Of a stretch of 64,000 bases of DNA, positions 8,363 to 18,507 are shown one piece after another. The notes beneath the pieces were generated by a model, which was given only the letters and a program-made list of their open reading frames with translations, had not been told where the DNA came from and made no database searches. The position numbers and the translations under genes are program-made. Source of the stretch: a virus (Duplodnaviria > Caudoviricetes); IMG/VR virus record IMGVR_UViG_2895476258_000012, positions 54 through 64,053 of that record, one strand, 5' to 3'. Position 1 is the stretch's first letter. Every line of letters starts with the position of its first letter.

Positions 8363-8584
8363 GCACGCAAAATGTGCCCTACCATCCCCGGCGAGGGACG
8401 GCAGGGCGCGTGAGTCCATGTAGCGGGTGCGGGCTGATCCGGCTTATGAGGCCGTCGAGCACAGCCGGTGCTCCTACCCGCGTCGCATGGCAGATCGAGA
8501 ACCTAGGATCGGTCTGCCATGGCCGACACCTCACGATACCGGGCTCTCGATGGCGAGAGGGCCCAGATTACGCAAGCAGAACTG

Positions 8585-8785
8585 CTAGTGCGAGTCGTCG
8601 ATCCGCTGTGGCTTGGACTGTTCGGCGTTCGGCACCGCGTATACGCCGAGCGCCGTCAGCACGGCGAGGACCGCGTTGACGATCTCGGTGGCGGTGAACA
8701 CATCGTCGGACACCGCGCCGTTCACGGCCACGATTGCGGCGAACAGGGCGGCGACGATGGTCTTGGCGTATCGGCTTATCTTCAT
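8585..8785 (-). CDS. Putative holin (66 aa, two TM segments)
   Basis: MKISRYAKTIVAALFAAIVAV...EIVNAVLAVLTALGVYAVPN; downstream of the endolysin. Confidence 0.75.
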   Translation of the reverse strand: MKISRYAKTIVAALFAAIVAVNGAVSDDVFTATEIVNAVLAVLTALGVYAVPNAEQSKPQRIDDSH

Positions 8786-8923
8786 GAATGCCTCCAGGCA
8801 TGCGAAAGGCCCGCCGTTTGGCAGGGCCTCGGTTCTCACTTGCAAGTTGAGTGGCCTGGTTCGGCCAACTCTGTCATTCACAAATCGGTGTCCGGCGCTG
8901 GCGTATCGGTTACCGTCCCGACC

Positions 8924-10093
8924 ATGACCACGCCCGACGACCCTACAGTCCGGCTGCAGCTCCCCACGCAGCCGCCGCAGCCGGTTGTGAGCAGTTCGCC
9001 GCCGAAGCAGCAGCGGCGCGTGACAAGGACATTCAAGAACCTGGCGCGGCCGACGCCTGCCCCGGCTCCAGCGCCTCCCGAGAAGCGTCGATGGCTCAGT
9101 GGGCACAGACCGCGCGTGACACCACCGACGCAGGCCGAACTGGACACGTTACCCGTCAAGGACCGGCAGGAGCTGTACGACACGCGACGGCAGCGGCCCT
9201 GGCAGCACCTCACATCGCTGGGGGTGCTGTTCGGCGTGCTGTTCACCGCAGGTGGGCTTGTCTACACGGCCAAGACCTGGGAGACAGGGCAGGAAACGCT
9301 CCGGACCACGCAGCAGCAGCAGATCACGGATCGCTATACAAGGGCCGTCGAGCAGATCGGGGCGGACAAGTCGGTCGAGGTGCGCATCGGCGGACTCTAC
9401 GCCCTCGGACGGATTACTAGGGACTCTAGCGCTGACGCTACGACTGTTGAGGAAATCATGGTGGCGTACATCTTGGAGCATGACGGCAAGACCGGAGCCA
9501 CCCGCACTTTTACTCCGTCCGAGGACGTACCTTCCTGGAAACCCGGCGCTGACGTTCGTACCGCCGTGAGAGTGCTCGGAACGATCCCCCGGGCTGGCTG
9601 GGGAACGCCCATCCTCTTCACCGCTGATTTTGTAAGCGCGGACTGGCGTGGTGTGAATCTCCGTGATGCATATCTGTCCTACGCGAACCTAAGCCGCGCA
9701 CGCCTGAACGTCGCGGACCTGGCCAGCGCGGACCTGTCCCACACGGTGTTGACTAGGGTGAATCTGTTCGGCGCGCGTTTGAGCGACGCGAACCTGATCG
9801 GTGCGAACCTGACCGAGGCGGAGTTGATCCACGCATACTTGGCAGACGCGGTCTTGACCGACGCGTACCTGGCCGACGCCGTCCTAACCGGCGCTGTTCT
9901 AACCGGCGCCAACTTGACTGGCGCTGACCTAAACGGCGCCAAGCTGACTGGCGCGGACCTGCGCGGCGCCGTCCTGACCGGCGCAGACCTGACTGAGGCG
10001 CACCTCAACGGCGCAGACCTGCGGAACGCCAAGGGCATGAGCCCAGAGCAGATCCGCAAAGTCGCGATCACGGACAGCACCACCAAGTTCTAA
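8924..10093 (+). CDS. Pentapeptide-repeat membrane protein
   Basis: One TM helix, RYTRAVEQIG..VRIGGLYALGRI, then a long run of A(N/D/V)L(T/S)xA repeats. Confidence 0.85.
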   Translation: MTTPDDPTVRLQLPTQPPQPVVSSSPPKQQRRVTRTFKNLARPTPAPAPAPPEKRRWLSGHRPRVTPPTQAELDTLPVKDRQELYDTRRQRPWQHLTSLGVLFGVLFTAGGLVYTAKTWETGQETLRTTQQQQITDRYTRAVEQIGADKSVEVRIGGLYALGRITRDSSADATTVEEIMVAYILEHDGKTGATRTFTPSEDVPSWKPGADVRTAVRVLGTIPRAGWGTPILFTADFVSADWRGVNLRDAYLSYANLSRARLNVADLASADLSHTVLTRVNLFGARLSDANLIGANLTEAELIHAYLADAVLTDAYLADAVLTGAVLTGANLTGADLNGAKLTGADLRGAVLTGADLTEAHLNGADLRNAKGMSPEQIRKVAITDSTTKF

Positions 10094-10101
10094 GCCAGCG
10101 A

Positions 10102-10857
10102 TCACACCACCCGCAGCAGTGCCGCCCACGTCTTCGGCCCGCACACACCATCGGTGGGCAGCTTCGCGGCCTTCTGGAACTCCTTCAGCGCGTCGTACAG
10201 CGGGTCACCAAACTGCGTGTCGTCCACGCCGCCGTTCAACCCGTAGTCCCGCGCGTGCAGCAGGTAGAACAACGTCTTGACGTGCCAACGCAGCGGGTCG
10301 TCTGCCGTTTTGCCTGCGCCGTGACGCAGCGTGGGCAGTTGCTTCACGATCTCCTCCATCCAGGTCAGCTCAGGGGCCGGCGCGGGCTTCACGCCCGAAT
10401 AGGCGGGGTATCCGTAGCCGGAGATGCAGGCGTGGGAGCGGCGGTGCCGCATGACGCGGTTGCTGGTGTTGCCCTCGATCGTCGTGATCGTGCCGTCGCG
10501 GTGGACCGCTTCGACGATGCCGACGTGATCGATCGCGCCGATCATGTTCTTGCTTCCGGCCCAGTCGAAAAAGACGATCGCGCCGCGCCGTGGCGCCTGC
10601 CCCCAGCGGCCCCTGTCCTTGAACCAGTCGGCGTAGGTGGGGGTGTAAGCGAAATCGCCTACGTCAGGCAACAGCTTCGCCTTGTCGGCGGCCCAGGCGA
10701 GGAACATCGCGCACCACGGCTGCTTGGCCCACCAGTCCGGCTTGTCGTGCCGCTCGGCCCACCACGCGCCGTACCGGGTCCAGCCGTCGCGGCGCTCGCC
10801 CTGGCCGAGTTCGCCGCGGACGATGTCGAGCAGGACGTCTTCAGGCCGCTTCGGCAT
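10102..10857 (-). CDS. Endolysin, CHAP domain plus peptidoglycan-binding domain
   Basis: PWCAMFLAW...DHVGIVE...TIEGNT, and EFQKAAKLPTDGVCGPKTWAAL. Confidence 0.9.
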   Translation of the reverse strand: MPKRPEDVLLDIVRGELGQGERRDGWTRYGAWWAERHDKPDWWAKQPWCAMFLAWAADKAKLLPDVGDFAYTPTYADWFKDRGRWGQAPRRGAIVFFDWAGSKNMIGAIDHVGIVEAVHRDGTITTIEGNTSNRVMRHRRSHACISGYGYPAYSGVKPAPAPELTWMEEIVKQLPTLRHGAGKTADDPLRWHVKTLFYLLHARDYGLNGGVDDTQFGDPLYDALKEFQKAAKLPTDGVCGPKTWAALLRVV

Positions 10858-11089
10858 GCGTCACCTCCCCCGCGTCGATCCAGACGATCTGTGTCGCTCC
10901 CCCGTGGCCGTGGATGGCTTCGACGTCGTCGAGGCAGCTCCAGTGGACGAGGGAAGGTCGTGCGCCGCGCCAGCGCACCGAGACGGAACCGTCCGGCCAG
11001 AGCACGCCGTCTGCCACCCGGCCGGTGCCGGAGATGCCGCTGACGTCGTGGTCGCGTTGCAGGAAGAACAGGCGTGGATAGATGTTCAC
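10841..11089 (-). CDS. Phage hypothetical protein (82 aa)
   Basis: RDHDVSGISGTGRVADGV..PDG..HGHGG; coupled into the lysis region. Confidence 0.6.
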   Translation of the reverse strand: MNIYPRLFFLQRDHDVSGISGTGRVADGVLWPDGSVSVRWRGARPSLVHWSCLDDVEAIHGHGGATQIVWIDAGEVTHAEAA

Positions 11090-11298
11090 TGCTCCTCCTG
11101 GGATTCGTCTTCGACGACGGAGCCGGGCTCTTGTGGCACCTCGTCCTGGGGCGGGTCGCCGGCGGTCAGTGCTGCGGCGTTGTAGGGCGCAAGCGGCAGC
11201 GCCTCGTGTTCAGGCATGGGGAACCTCGGTAAGGGGTCGATTTGATGAGATCAATTCGGTGGTGTCGCCACTGATCAAGGCGACGAAGGGCTGCCGCG

Positions 11299-11595
11299 TC
11301 AGCCTTGGGTGAGCTGGATCAGCGCGATCACCGCGCTGGCCACGGTCACCAGCAGGCCGACGACGGCGATGATCTGCCGGGTGCGCTCGGTGAGCTGCGC
11401 GTTCGTGACGGCGGTTTTCTCGACCTCCGCCAGCCGCATCTCCAGGCCGCCAACCTGTTCGACCAGCGCGGCATGCCGGTCCTCAACCTGCTTGAGCTGA
11501 TGCAAGACCAACCTCATCTGCCCATCAGTCCGCTCGAACCCGACCTCAAGCAGACGACGCAACTCGGCCAGCGACAGCGCCAGGTTTTCATCCAT
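11299..11595 (-). CDS. Coiled-coil protein with a C-terminal TM helix (lysis-cassette membrane protein)
   Basis: MDENLALSL...RQIIAVVGLLVTVASAVIALIQL. Confidence 0.6.
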   Translation of the reverse strand: MDENLALSLAELRRLLEVGFERTDGQMRLVLHQLKQVEDRHAALVEQVGGLEMRLAEVEKTAVTNAQLTERTRQIIAVVGLLVTVASAVIALIQLTQG

Positions 11596-12262
11596 CAGTC
11601 GGCCCCCACGGCTTGCGGCCCATCCACGTCGCCGGCGGCTTGATGTCGAAGTCGGGTGTGACGGGTCCGGCACGTCCGGCGCGGTAGTAGTCCACGCTCC
11701 TGCGGCGGGCCGCCACCCGGGCCGAATCCAGCCGGGTCAGCGTCTTGACCGGCTCCAGCGGATCTTCAGGCACGACCACGTCCAGCCCCACATAGGCGAC
11801 GACGTCCTGACGGAACTGCCGGTTCTCCGGCACCATGCGGACGCGGTGGGTCTTGACCGCCTCGATCCTGGCCAGGTGCGCGGCGAGCCGATCGGCGTCG
11901 GACACCCCAAGAGTCCACGTCGTCGGCAGCCCGTGCGTGGCCTCCAGCTGCGCGGCCACCACAGGATTCAGCCGGGCGAGCGCGTCGTCCGACGACGGGA
12001 TCCACGGCTCGTGCAGCACTACGTCCAGCAGCGTGTCCATGTCGTCGGGGTCGATGCCATACTCGGCGCACCGCCACTCGAACGTGCTGTGCGGAATGAT
12101 GTGCACGTGGGCGACGCCGTCCGGCCGCACCCGGCTAATCCCCCACATCGGCTCAGCGCCGTCGTGGCCGGCACCCGGGCCGGGCTGCTCTCCCCCTGCC
12201 TGCAACAGGCTGGTCGTGCTGTAGCCAAGCTCGGCATCCCAAATGGTCCAGATTTCGGCCAC
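11588..12262 (-). CDS. Tail-associated protein, paralog B of 15213..15704
   Basis: FEWRCAEYGID..DTLLDVVLHEP; follows minor tail protein B. Confidence 0.7.
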   Translation of the reverse strand: MAEIWTIWDAELGYSTTSLLQAGGEQPGPGAGHDGAEPMWGISRVRPDGVAHVHIIPHSTFEWRCAEYGIDPDDMDTLLDVVLHEPWIPSSDDALARLNPVVAAQLEATHGLPTTWTLGVSDADRLAAHLARIEAVKTHRVRMVPENRQFRQDVVAYVGLDVVVPEDPLEPVKTLTRLDSARVAARRRSVDYYRAGRAGPVTPDFDIKPPATWMGRKPWGPTDG

Positions 12263-12286
12263 GCGGCCACCCCCTTGTGATGATCG

Positions 12287-15076
12287 TTAATGGCGGTGCG
12301 ACCACCAATAGAACGCCTTGCCGCTGTACACGCCGCCGCCCGACGACCAGCCGAACGAGAAGTCGGTCTGATTGCTGAGGTCCAGACACCAGTAGAAATT
12401 CGGGTTGGCCGCACCGTCTCGGACCGTCGAGACGGGCCCCATATTGGAGGCCATGGTCGGCCCGTAGTGGATGGTCACGCCCCCGGTGTCCGGCGGGACC
12501 ACGCCGCTACCGGCGTGCACGGTGTCGTACGGGTCGGCAGTATTGGTGTCCCACACACGGCCGCGCAGATACCAGCGGCCCGAGCTGTTGCAGTGGATGT
12601 AGGACTGGCTGGAGGAGAAGCCGTCGTCGTAGCCGAACCGGCCGTAGCCTTCGGCGACGTCGAGGCCGCCGCCACGGCGGTTGGAGTTCGAGGCGTTGCG
12701 GATGCCGAGCCGGACGAGTCCTGCGGCGACCTGGAGCTCGGCGCGGGCGGTGCCGCCCGAGTTGGTGCCCGACGTGATGAACGTGGTCGTCTCGCCCGGA
12801 TACAGGCCGTCCACGGCGTAGAAGCGCGAGTAGTTGGTGTTGCCGAGCCCGCCCGGGTAGAAGCGCAAGTCGAGCGTCGACGAGTCGAGCACAAACCGCT
12901 GCCCTGTCGCCGAGCTGCGGACAATCGAGCCCGTAATGGTCTTGCCGTTGATCGCGTCAGCGGTGATCTTGTCGGCGGTGACCGATCCGGCGGCCAACTT
13001 GTCGGCCGTGATCGCCGAAGCGGCAACGTGCCCCGCCTGGATTGAGCCAGCCTGGATCTTGTCGGCCGTGACTGCGTTGGCGTTGATGTGGCCCGCGTTG
13101 ATCGCGAGCGCCTGGATCAGACCGGCCGTGACCGTCCCGGCAGTGATCTTCGCCTCGCCGGGGATGGTGCCGTCGATGATGTGCGTCGCGCCGTCGATCA
13201 CCTGGCCGATCACGTCGGTGTCCACCAGCGGCTTCGTCTGCGCCGTGACGTGCGCGGACTCCCCCGAGATGTTGCCCGACCGGTCGAGCGCGACCAGCCA
13301 CAGCTCCCGATCCGTGTTGTACGGCTGGCCCGGCACCACGGCGGTGCCCGCCCGCTCCAGCCACTCGACGGACTTGCCTGCGTCCTGAGAGTCGAGCGGA
13401 TCCTTCATCATCACCAGGACGCGCGCGAAGTCCTTCGGCATGCCGGTGCCCGAGCTGGTCAGCCCATCCCAGGCCACCCGGAAGATGCCCAGCCGCGAGT
13501 CCACGACGGGCGTGGACGGCTGCGGAGGCGGCGTCTCATCATCGGGGATGACGATCACCGCTGAGACCGCGAGCTGCCCCTTGACGCCCTCGTTGGTGGC
13601 GCGCACGCCGAACCGCCACGACGACTTCGGCGTCAACGGACTGTAGGAGATCGACGTGCCGTCCGTGTGACCCAGCACCCGCTGGGCGCCCGTGCCCGGC
13701 GGCGTCTGCCCGATCAGCTCATAGCCATCCACCTGCAACGACGTCCCGTTGACATCCGTGGTGACCGGCACCCAAGACACGATGATCAGCCCATGACTGT
13801 ATCCCTCGTCATCCAGGTACGCCGACGGGGACACGATCAGGCCCGTCGGCGCAGCCGGGACGCGGTCCTTGGATTCCGGCGCGGGCTCGCCACCGTTGCC
13901 GCCCTCAGAGACGCCACCAGTCAGGATGCCCGCCGCCCGCCGGGCAATCCTGATGTCTCTTTCCAGGAAACGATCATTCAGGGTGACGTTGCCGCCGATC
14001 AGGCCGTCCCCGCCCACGGACAGCGTGATCTGCCTGACCCGCAACCCCTGCATGACCGCCTGGTCGCCAGGGGCGCGCACCGTGTCGCCCACCCGGTAGT
14101 CCACGAACGGCAGGAACCGGGCCGCGTACGGCTTGATCTGCCGGGTGAGCTGCACCCGCTCCCCCGACGCCCGATCCAGCGCGTACTGAGCCAGCAGCCG
14201 GGCCGTCCCCTCATCCTTCACGCCGCCCTGGCTCTGGTACGCCTCCCACCGGCCCCACGGCCGCAGCGCGGCCGGGTTGGTGACCTCGACGGACAGGCCC
14301 TCTTCGCCGGTGATGAGGATCGCCGACGCGGCGTCCTCGAACGTGGCGTCGTCAGGGGCCTGGTCGATATCGCGCCCCAACCGCAGTTCGACCGGGCTGG
14401 GGCCAGTGGAAAGCTGGCGGCCGAGCGTGGAGTTCTCGTTGAACACCTGCAAGGTTCGGCCCTGCATCTGCCAGTCGCACACGCCCTGCTCGGACAGGTT
14501 CAGCAGCAACTGGAGCAGGTCGGTGCCGGGTTCCAGCCCCAGCGTAAGGGTCGCCGACCACGGGTGTCCGGCCGAGTCCTCGAAGGCGTCGAAGTCGTAG
14601 CTGAGGCCGGGCAGCGCGCCGCGGCCCTGGCCTTCGTCGATGACTTGACGCAGGATGTCGCCCACTTTGGCGGCCGGGAACTGGCGCTTGCCGTCGACCA
14701 TGCCGAGGCCGGGGTAGAGCACCAGCTTGCGCAACTGCCACGCCCAGCCGGGCATGTCGAACGACAGCGCCGCCATCAGGTCCGTCGTGTCGGACGCCCG
14801 CTTGATCCGCAGGAACCGCGCGTTCGCGGGTTTCGCCCACCCGCCGCCGCCCGCCGACCATTCGACCGCGACCTCACACGGCGACGCCAGCCACTGCGCG
14901 CCGGCCGCATGAGCTGAGTAGGACAGCCGCAAGCTGGAGACGTCGTTGAGCGGAAGGCCCGTTTCCCAGCCGAGATGCTGGCCGAGCACGCCGAGACGGG
15001 CACCGTTCGGCTGGTAGGCGACCAGACGGAGCCCGTAGATGTCAGGCTTACCGGGGATGATCACCTGCTGCGGCAT
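12287..15076 (-). CDS. Large minor tail / hub protein B with FN3 domains (~929 aa)
   Basis: Start MPQQVIIPGK at 15076; LRLVAY.PNG...PLNDV N-terminus, FN3-like PAAPTGL segments, AVTADKI-type repeats. Confidence 0.85.
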   Translation of the reverse strand: MPQQVIIPGKPDIYGLRLVAYQPNGARLGVLGQHLGWETGLPLNDVSSLRLSYSAHAAGAQWLASPCEVAVEWSAGGGGWAKPANARFLRIKRASDTTDLMAALSFDMPGWAWQLRKLVLYPGLGMVDGKRQFPAAKVGDILRQVIDEGQGRGALPGLSYDFDAFEDSAGHPWSATLTLGLEPGTDLLQLLLNLSEQGVCDWQMQGRTLQVFNENSTLGRQLSTGPSPVELRLGRDIDQAPDDATFEDAASAILITGEEGLSVEVTNPAALRPWGRWEAYQSQGGVKDEGTARLLAQYALDRASGERVQLTRQIKPYAARFLPFVDYRVGDTVRAPGDQAVMQGLRVRQITLSVGGDGLIGGNVTLNDRFLERDIRIARRAAGILTGGVSEGGNGGEPAPESKDRVPAAPTGLIVSPSAYLDDEGYSHGLIIVSWVPVTTDVNGTSLQVDGYELIGQTPPGTGAQRVLGHTDGTSISYSPLTPKSSWRFGVRATNEGVKGQLAVSAVIVIPDDETPPPQPSTPVVDSRLGIFRVAWDGLTSSGTGMPKDFARVLVMMKDPLDSQDAGKSVEWLERAGTAVVPGQPYNTDRELWLVALDRSGNISGESAHVTAQTKPLVDTDVIGQVIDGATHIIDGTIPGEAKITAGTVTAGLIQALAINAGHINANAVTADKIQAGSIQAGHVAASAITADKLAAGSVTADKITADAINGKTITGSIVRSSATGQRFVLDSSTLDLRFYPGGLGNTNYSRFYAVDGLYPGETTTFITSGTNSGGTARAELQVAAGLVRLGIRNASNSNRRGGGLDVAEGYGRFGYDDGFSSSQSYIHCNSSGRWYLRGRVWDTNTADPYDTVHAGSGVVPPDTGGVTIHYGPTMASNMGPVSTVRDGAANPNFYWCLDLSNQTDFSFGWSSGGGVYSGKAFYWWSHRH

Positions 15077-15216
15077 CCGTTCCCCTCCCCCCGGGGCTGG
15101 GCCTGGACCTGTTCCACGGCGGCGGCAAGGAGCGCGTTCTCGTACATGAGCTCGTCGCAGCGCCGCCGGTAAGCCGCCACCACGGCGGCCAGATCTACGT
15201 GCAGATCGCAATTCAC
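15061..15216 (-). CDS. Small coiled-coil tail-region protein (51 aa)
   Basis: GTGA overlap with the upstream stop; VDLAAVVAAYRRRCDELMYENALL. Confidence 0.5.
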   Translation of the reverse strand: MNCDLHVDLAAVVAAYRRRCDELMYENALLAAAVEQVQAQPRGEGNGCRSR

Positions 15217-15704
15217 TTGCGCCCCTCGCCTCTCGCCTGAGCCATCCGGTGCCGGTCGATCTCCATCCGCAGCTCCGCTGTGCGGATCGGGTCGATCCGG
15301 CAGGCGTCGCGGATCGCCTGAAGCGGGTCCACGGCTCGGGCGTTGCTGTGCTTCCGCTGGGCGGCGACCGCGCCGTGCCGCTCGCGACACGCAGCGATCT
15401 GCTGGCGCACCAGCTCCCGCGCGGCAGCCGCATCCGTGAGCGACGGCGTCAGCGGCGGCAGCACGCCGGCGGACTGAAGCTCGATCAGCAGCGGCTCATG
15501 CACCAGCACGTCGAGGACTTCATCGACGTCGGTCAGCCCGTACTCAGCGGCCCGGTACTCCACGGCCTCTTTCGGCACGTAGTAACGCCACTGCCCATCC
15601 GGTGCAACCTCGACCGGCACCTCGTAGACGATCACCCAGTACGGGGTGCGGCCGTCGTCCCCCGTGGTCTCCTCAACCCCGGTCACCGTCCACTCGTGCG
15701 CCAA
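15213..15704 (-). CDS. Tail-associated protein, paralog A
   Basis: VEYRAAEYGLTDVDEVLDVLVHEP; follows minor tail protein A. Confidence 0.7.
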   Translation of the reverse strand: MAHEWTVTGVEETTGDDGRTPYWVIVYEVPVEVAPDGQWRYYVPKEAVEYRAAEYGLTDVDEVLDVLVHEPLLIELQSAGVLPPLTPSLTDAAAARELVRQQIAACRERHGAVAAQRKHSNARAVDPLQAIRDACRIDPIRTAELRMEIDRHRMAQARGEGRK

Positions 15705-15732
15705 CGCCTCTCCCTCCTTGCGGGCGGGAGCG

Positions 15733-18456
15733 TCATGCGCGCCACGCCCAGATCATTGCTGTCGCCGAACCGGCTGCGCCGCTGCTGTCGCACCGGATGG
15801 TGAAGCCCGACGTGCTGCGGGCCGTCATGTACGTGGTGACCACGCCTGAACCGGCGTAATGCAGGCTGACCACGGCGAACGGGATCGACGTCATGACGGG
15901 GGCGCTCCATGCGATGGTGCCCAGGCTCGTGCCGATGGTGATCGTCACCGACTTCATGATCAGCCCGGCTTCGGCGCCGCTGTGCGTCCACATGCCCCGG
16001 TACTCGGCCGCCGCCTGCGTGAACCGGAACCGGTTCAACGCCGGAGTTGGGTCGTTGTAGCCGATCTCCAACTCGGCGGGCTTGGCGAACATGTAGCCGC
16101 CCGCGCCCAGGTTCGGGCTCGATGTCACGTCGAAGATCTGCATCCGGTACTCGTCGCCCCGCAACCAGGTGACCGAGCGCCGGTTATTGCCGGCGTTCAG
16201 CCCGGACACCGACACGATCGCGCCATCGGTGTCGCAGTAGATCCTGGCGAAGTTCGTGCCGGTCCCTGGCATGAACCTGACTTCCGGGTCAGTCGAGCCT
16301 GCTGGGTTGACGATGATGCGCCGCCCCGTGGCGCCGGTGGCGAGCTGCCCGACGATCGACACCGCGCCTGTCGCCGACGACACCGCGACCGTCTGAACGC
16401 TGGAGGCGTCGTACGCTTCCAGACCCGTAGCGTTGATCTCGACTCGCGCGCCGGCCGGGTTGCCGGCCACGATCCGCGTCGCCAAGGCGAGCACGGCTTC
16501 GAGCTTGTCGGCTGTCACCGCGTTCGCCGCGATGTGGCTGGCTTCGATCGCGCCGACCGCGATCTTCGTGGCCGTGACGGCGTTGGCTACCAGGTTGCCG
16601 GTCGTGATGCTGCCATCTGCGGCGTCGCCGGAGACGAGCTGCACGGCCTGGATGGTTGCCGACGCGCTGCGGGCGGACTCGTTGCCGCTGTAGTCGATCG
16701 CCGAGAACGCGAACTTCCGGTCGACGCCGTACGGCAAACCGGGCACGACGATCGAACCCGCGGACTCCAGATACCCGATCTCCGACCAGCCCGGCGCAAG
16801 CGGGTCCTGCACCCAGACGCGTACCCTCGCGAAGTCCGACGGCATCGGCTCGCTGCCGACGCCGACGCCGTCCCATTCGACGTGGACCACGCCGAGTCTC
16901 GTGGACAGCACGGGCGCGGTCGGCACGGGCGGCGCGTCGGCGTCGTCCGGGATCGTCACCGCGACCGACGAAGAGAAGGGCCCCTTCTTGCCGAGATTGA
17001 TCGCGCGCACCTTGAACTGGTACTGCTGCCCCACGGTGAGAGGGCTGTAAGTGGCGTTGGTGTCGCCCGCCTCGGTGAGCGCGATCAGGAACCACAACGC
17101 CCCCACATCGTTGACCCGGGCGTACACCTCGTAGCCGCCGACGTTCAACGCGACGCCGCTGGTGTCCTGGGTGACTGGGTTCCAGCTCACCGACACCTGG
17201 CCCTGCGGGAAGCCGCTGGAGTCGATGTAGGCGGCCGGGTTGACCAGCAAACCGGTGGGCGCGGCCGGGGTCCTGGGCGCCGGGCTTTCCGGTGCGGGCT
17301 TGGCTCCGGAGCCGCCGTCCGCCGTGCTGCCACCGACGATCCCGGCCGCGCGGCGCGACAAGCGGATCTCCCGTTCGAGCAGCCTGTCGTTGAGGACGAC
17401 GTTGCCGCCGAGCACGCCCTTGGCGTCCCGTGTCACCGTCATCTGCCGGACGCGCAGGCTTTCCATTACGCCGTTCGTGCCGGGGGCGAGGATGCGGTCG
17501 CCGGGCCGGTAGTCGCGCCACGGCAGCCATCGCGTGTCCGGGCCGATGACGATGCTGCGGGTGCGCTGCACCCGTTCCGCGCCGGAGCGGGCGAGCGCCG
17601 CGTCCGCGAGCAGGATCGCTGTCCCCGGATCGGACACGCCGCCCTGGCCGACGTAGGTCTCCCACTTACCCCACGGTCCGTGGTTGGAGCTGCTGACGGT
17701 GATCTGGAATCCGTTGTCGCCGCGCACCAGGACGGCACTCGCGCGGTCCTCCAGGGTGCCGGTTTCGGGCGCTTCGCCGATGTCCCTGCCGTATCGAAGA
17801 TCGACCGGCGCGGCTCCGCTGGCGAGATCACGCCCCAGCTCGATGTCCGGGTTGAACAGCTGCACCGTCCGCCCGGACGTGCGGAAATCGAGGACTCCTT
17901 GTTCGGCCAAGTTGATCAGGCAGGTGAGCGCGTCCATGCCAGGCTCATAGTAGATACTGAGGATCTTGCTCCAGGACTGGCCGGCGCTGTCGAGTGTGGG
18001 CGTGAAGTCCCACGCGACGCCTGGCACAACTCCCCTGGCCTGCGCCTCAGCCAGAAACGTTTGGAGGATCGCGCCTGCTGTGGTCGTCAGGAAAGCGCGC
18101 TTACCGTCCACCAGTGGGGCGCTGCCAGGGTAGAGCACCACCTTGCGTAGCTGCCAGATCCAGCCGGGCAGCTCGAACTGCGTCACCCCGGCCTGGTCGG
18201 TGCCGTCGCTGCGCCGCCTGATGAGCAGGAACCGCGAGTCGCACGCCTCGGTCCACGTGGTGCCGTCGTCGGACCATTCGACGGCGACCTCGCATGGCTG
18301 GGCGAGCAGGTCGGCGTTCGTCGCCTCGCTGCTGTGGCTCAGCTTCAACGCTGGTACATCGTTGAGTGGGCCGGCGATCTCCACGCTCAGAGGATGCGGG
18401 AGTGTGCCGAAGGGGTCCCCATTCGGGGTATGCACAACGAGCCGAAGGTTGAACAC
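15733..18456 (-). CDS. Large minor tail / hub protein A with FN3 domains (907 aa)
   Basis: LRLVVHTPNG...PLNDV, PAAPTGL, AVTATKI/AVTADKL repeats; colinear with protein B. Confidence 0.85.
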   Translation of the reverse strand: MFNLRLVVHTPNGDPFGTLPHPLSVEIAGPLNDVPALKLSHSSEATNADLLAQPCEVAVEWSDDGTTWTEACDSRFLLIRRRSDGTDQAGVTQFELPGWIWQLRKVVLYPGSAPLVDGKRAFLTTTAGAILQTFLAEAQARGVVPGVAWDFTPTLDSAGQSWSKILSIYYEPGMDALTCLINLAEQGVLDFRTSGRTVQLFNPDIELGRDLASGAAPVDLRYGRDIGEAPETGTLEDRASAVLVRGDNGFQITVSSSNHGPWGKWETYVGQGGVSDPGTAILLADAALARSGAERVQRTRSIVIGPDTRWLPWRDYRPGDRILAPGTNGVMESLRVRQMTVTRDAKGVLGGNVVLNDRLLEREIRLSRRAAGIVGGSTADGGSGAKPAPESPAPRTPAAPTGLLVNPAAYIDSSGFPQGQVSVSWNPVTQDTSGVALNVGGYEVYARVNDVGALWFLIALTEAGDTNATYSPLTVGQQYQFKVRAINLGKKGPFSSSVAVTIPDDADAPPVPTAPVLSTRLGVVHVEWDGVGVGSEPMPSDFARVRVWVQDPLAPGWSEIGYLESAGSIVVPGLPYGVDRKFAFSAIDYSGNESARSASATIQAVQLVSGDAADGSITTGNLVANAVTATKIAVGAIEASHIAANAVTADKLEAVLALATRIVAGNPAGARVEINATGLEAYDASSVQTVAVSSATGAVSIVGQLATGATGRRIIVNPAGSTDPEVRFMPGTGTNFARIYCDTDGAIVSVSGLNAGNNRRSVTWLRGDEYRMQIFDVTSSPNLGAGGYMFAKPAELEIGYNDPTPALNRFRFTQAAAEYRGMWTHSGAEAGLIMKSVTITIGTSLGTIAWSAPVMTSIPFAVVSLHYAGSGVVTTYMTARSTSGFTIRCDSSGAAGSATAMIWAWRA

Positions 18457-18507
18457 CGCACCCCCTTGATACTCATGAGGGCGCCGTGGCCGGGCCGTCG
18501 CCTGTCC

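Noticed and set aside
15859-18150. Long plus-strand ORFs (also 24762..26279, 32704..34992, 34701..36545, 20461..22173)
   Set aside because: Antisense shadows of real minus-strand genes, typical of high-GC DNA
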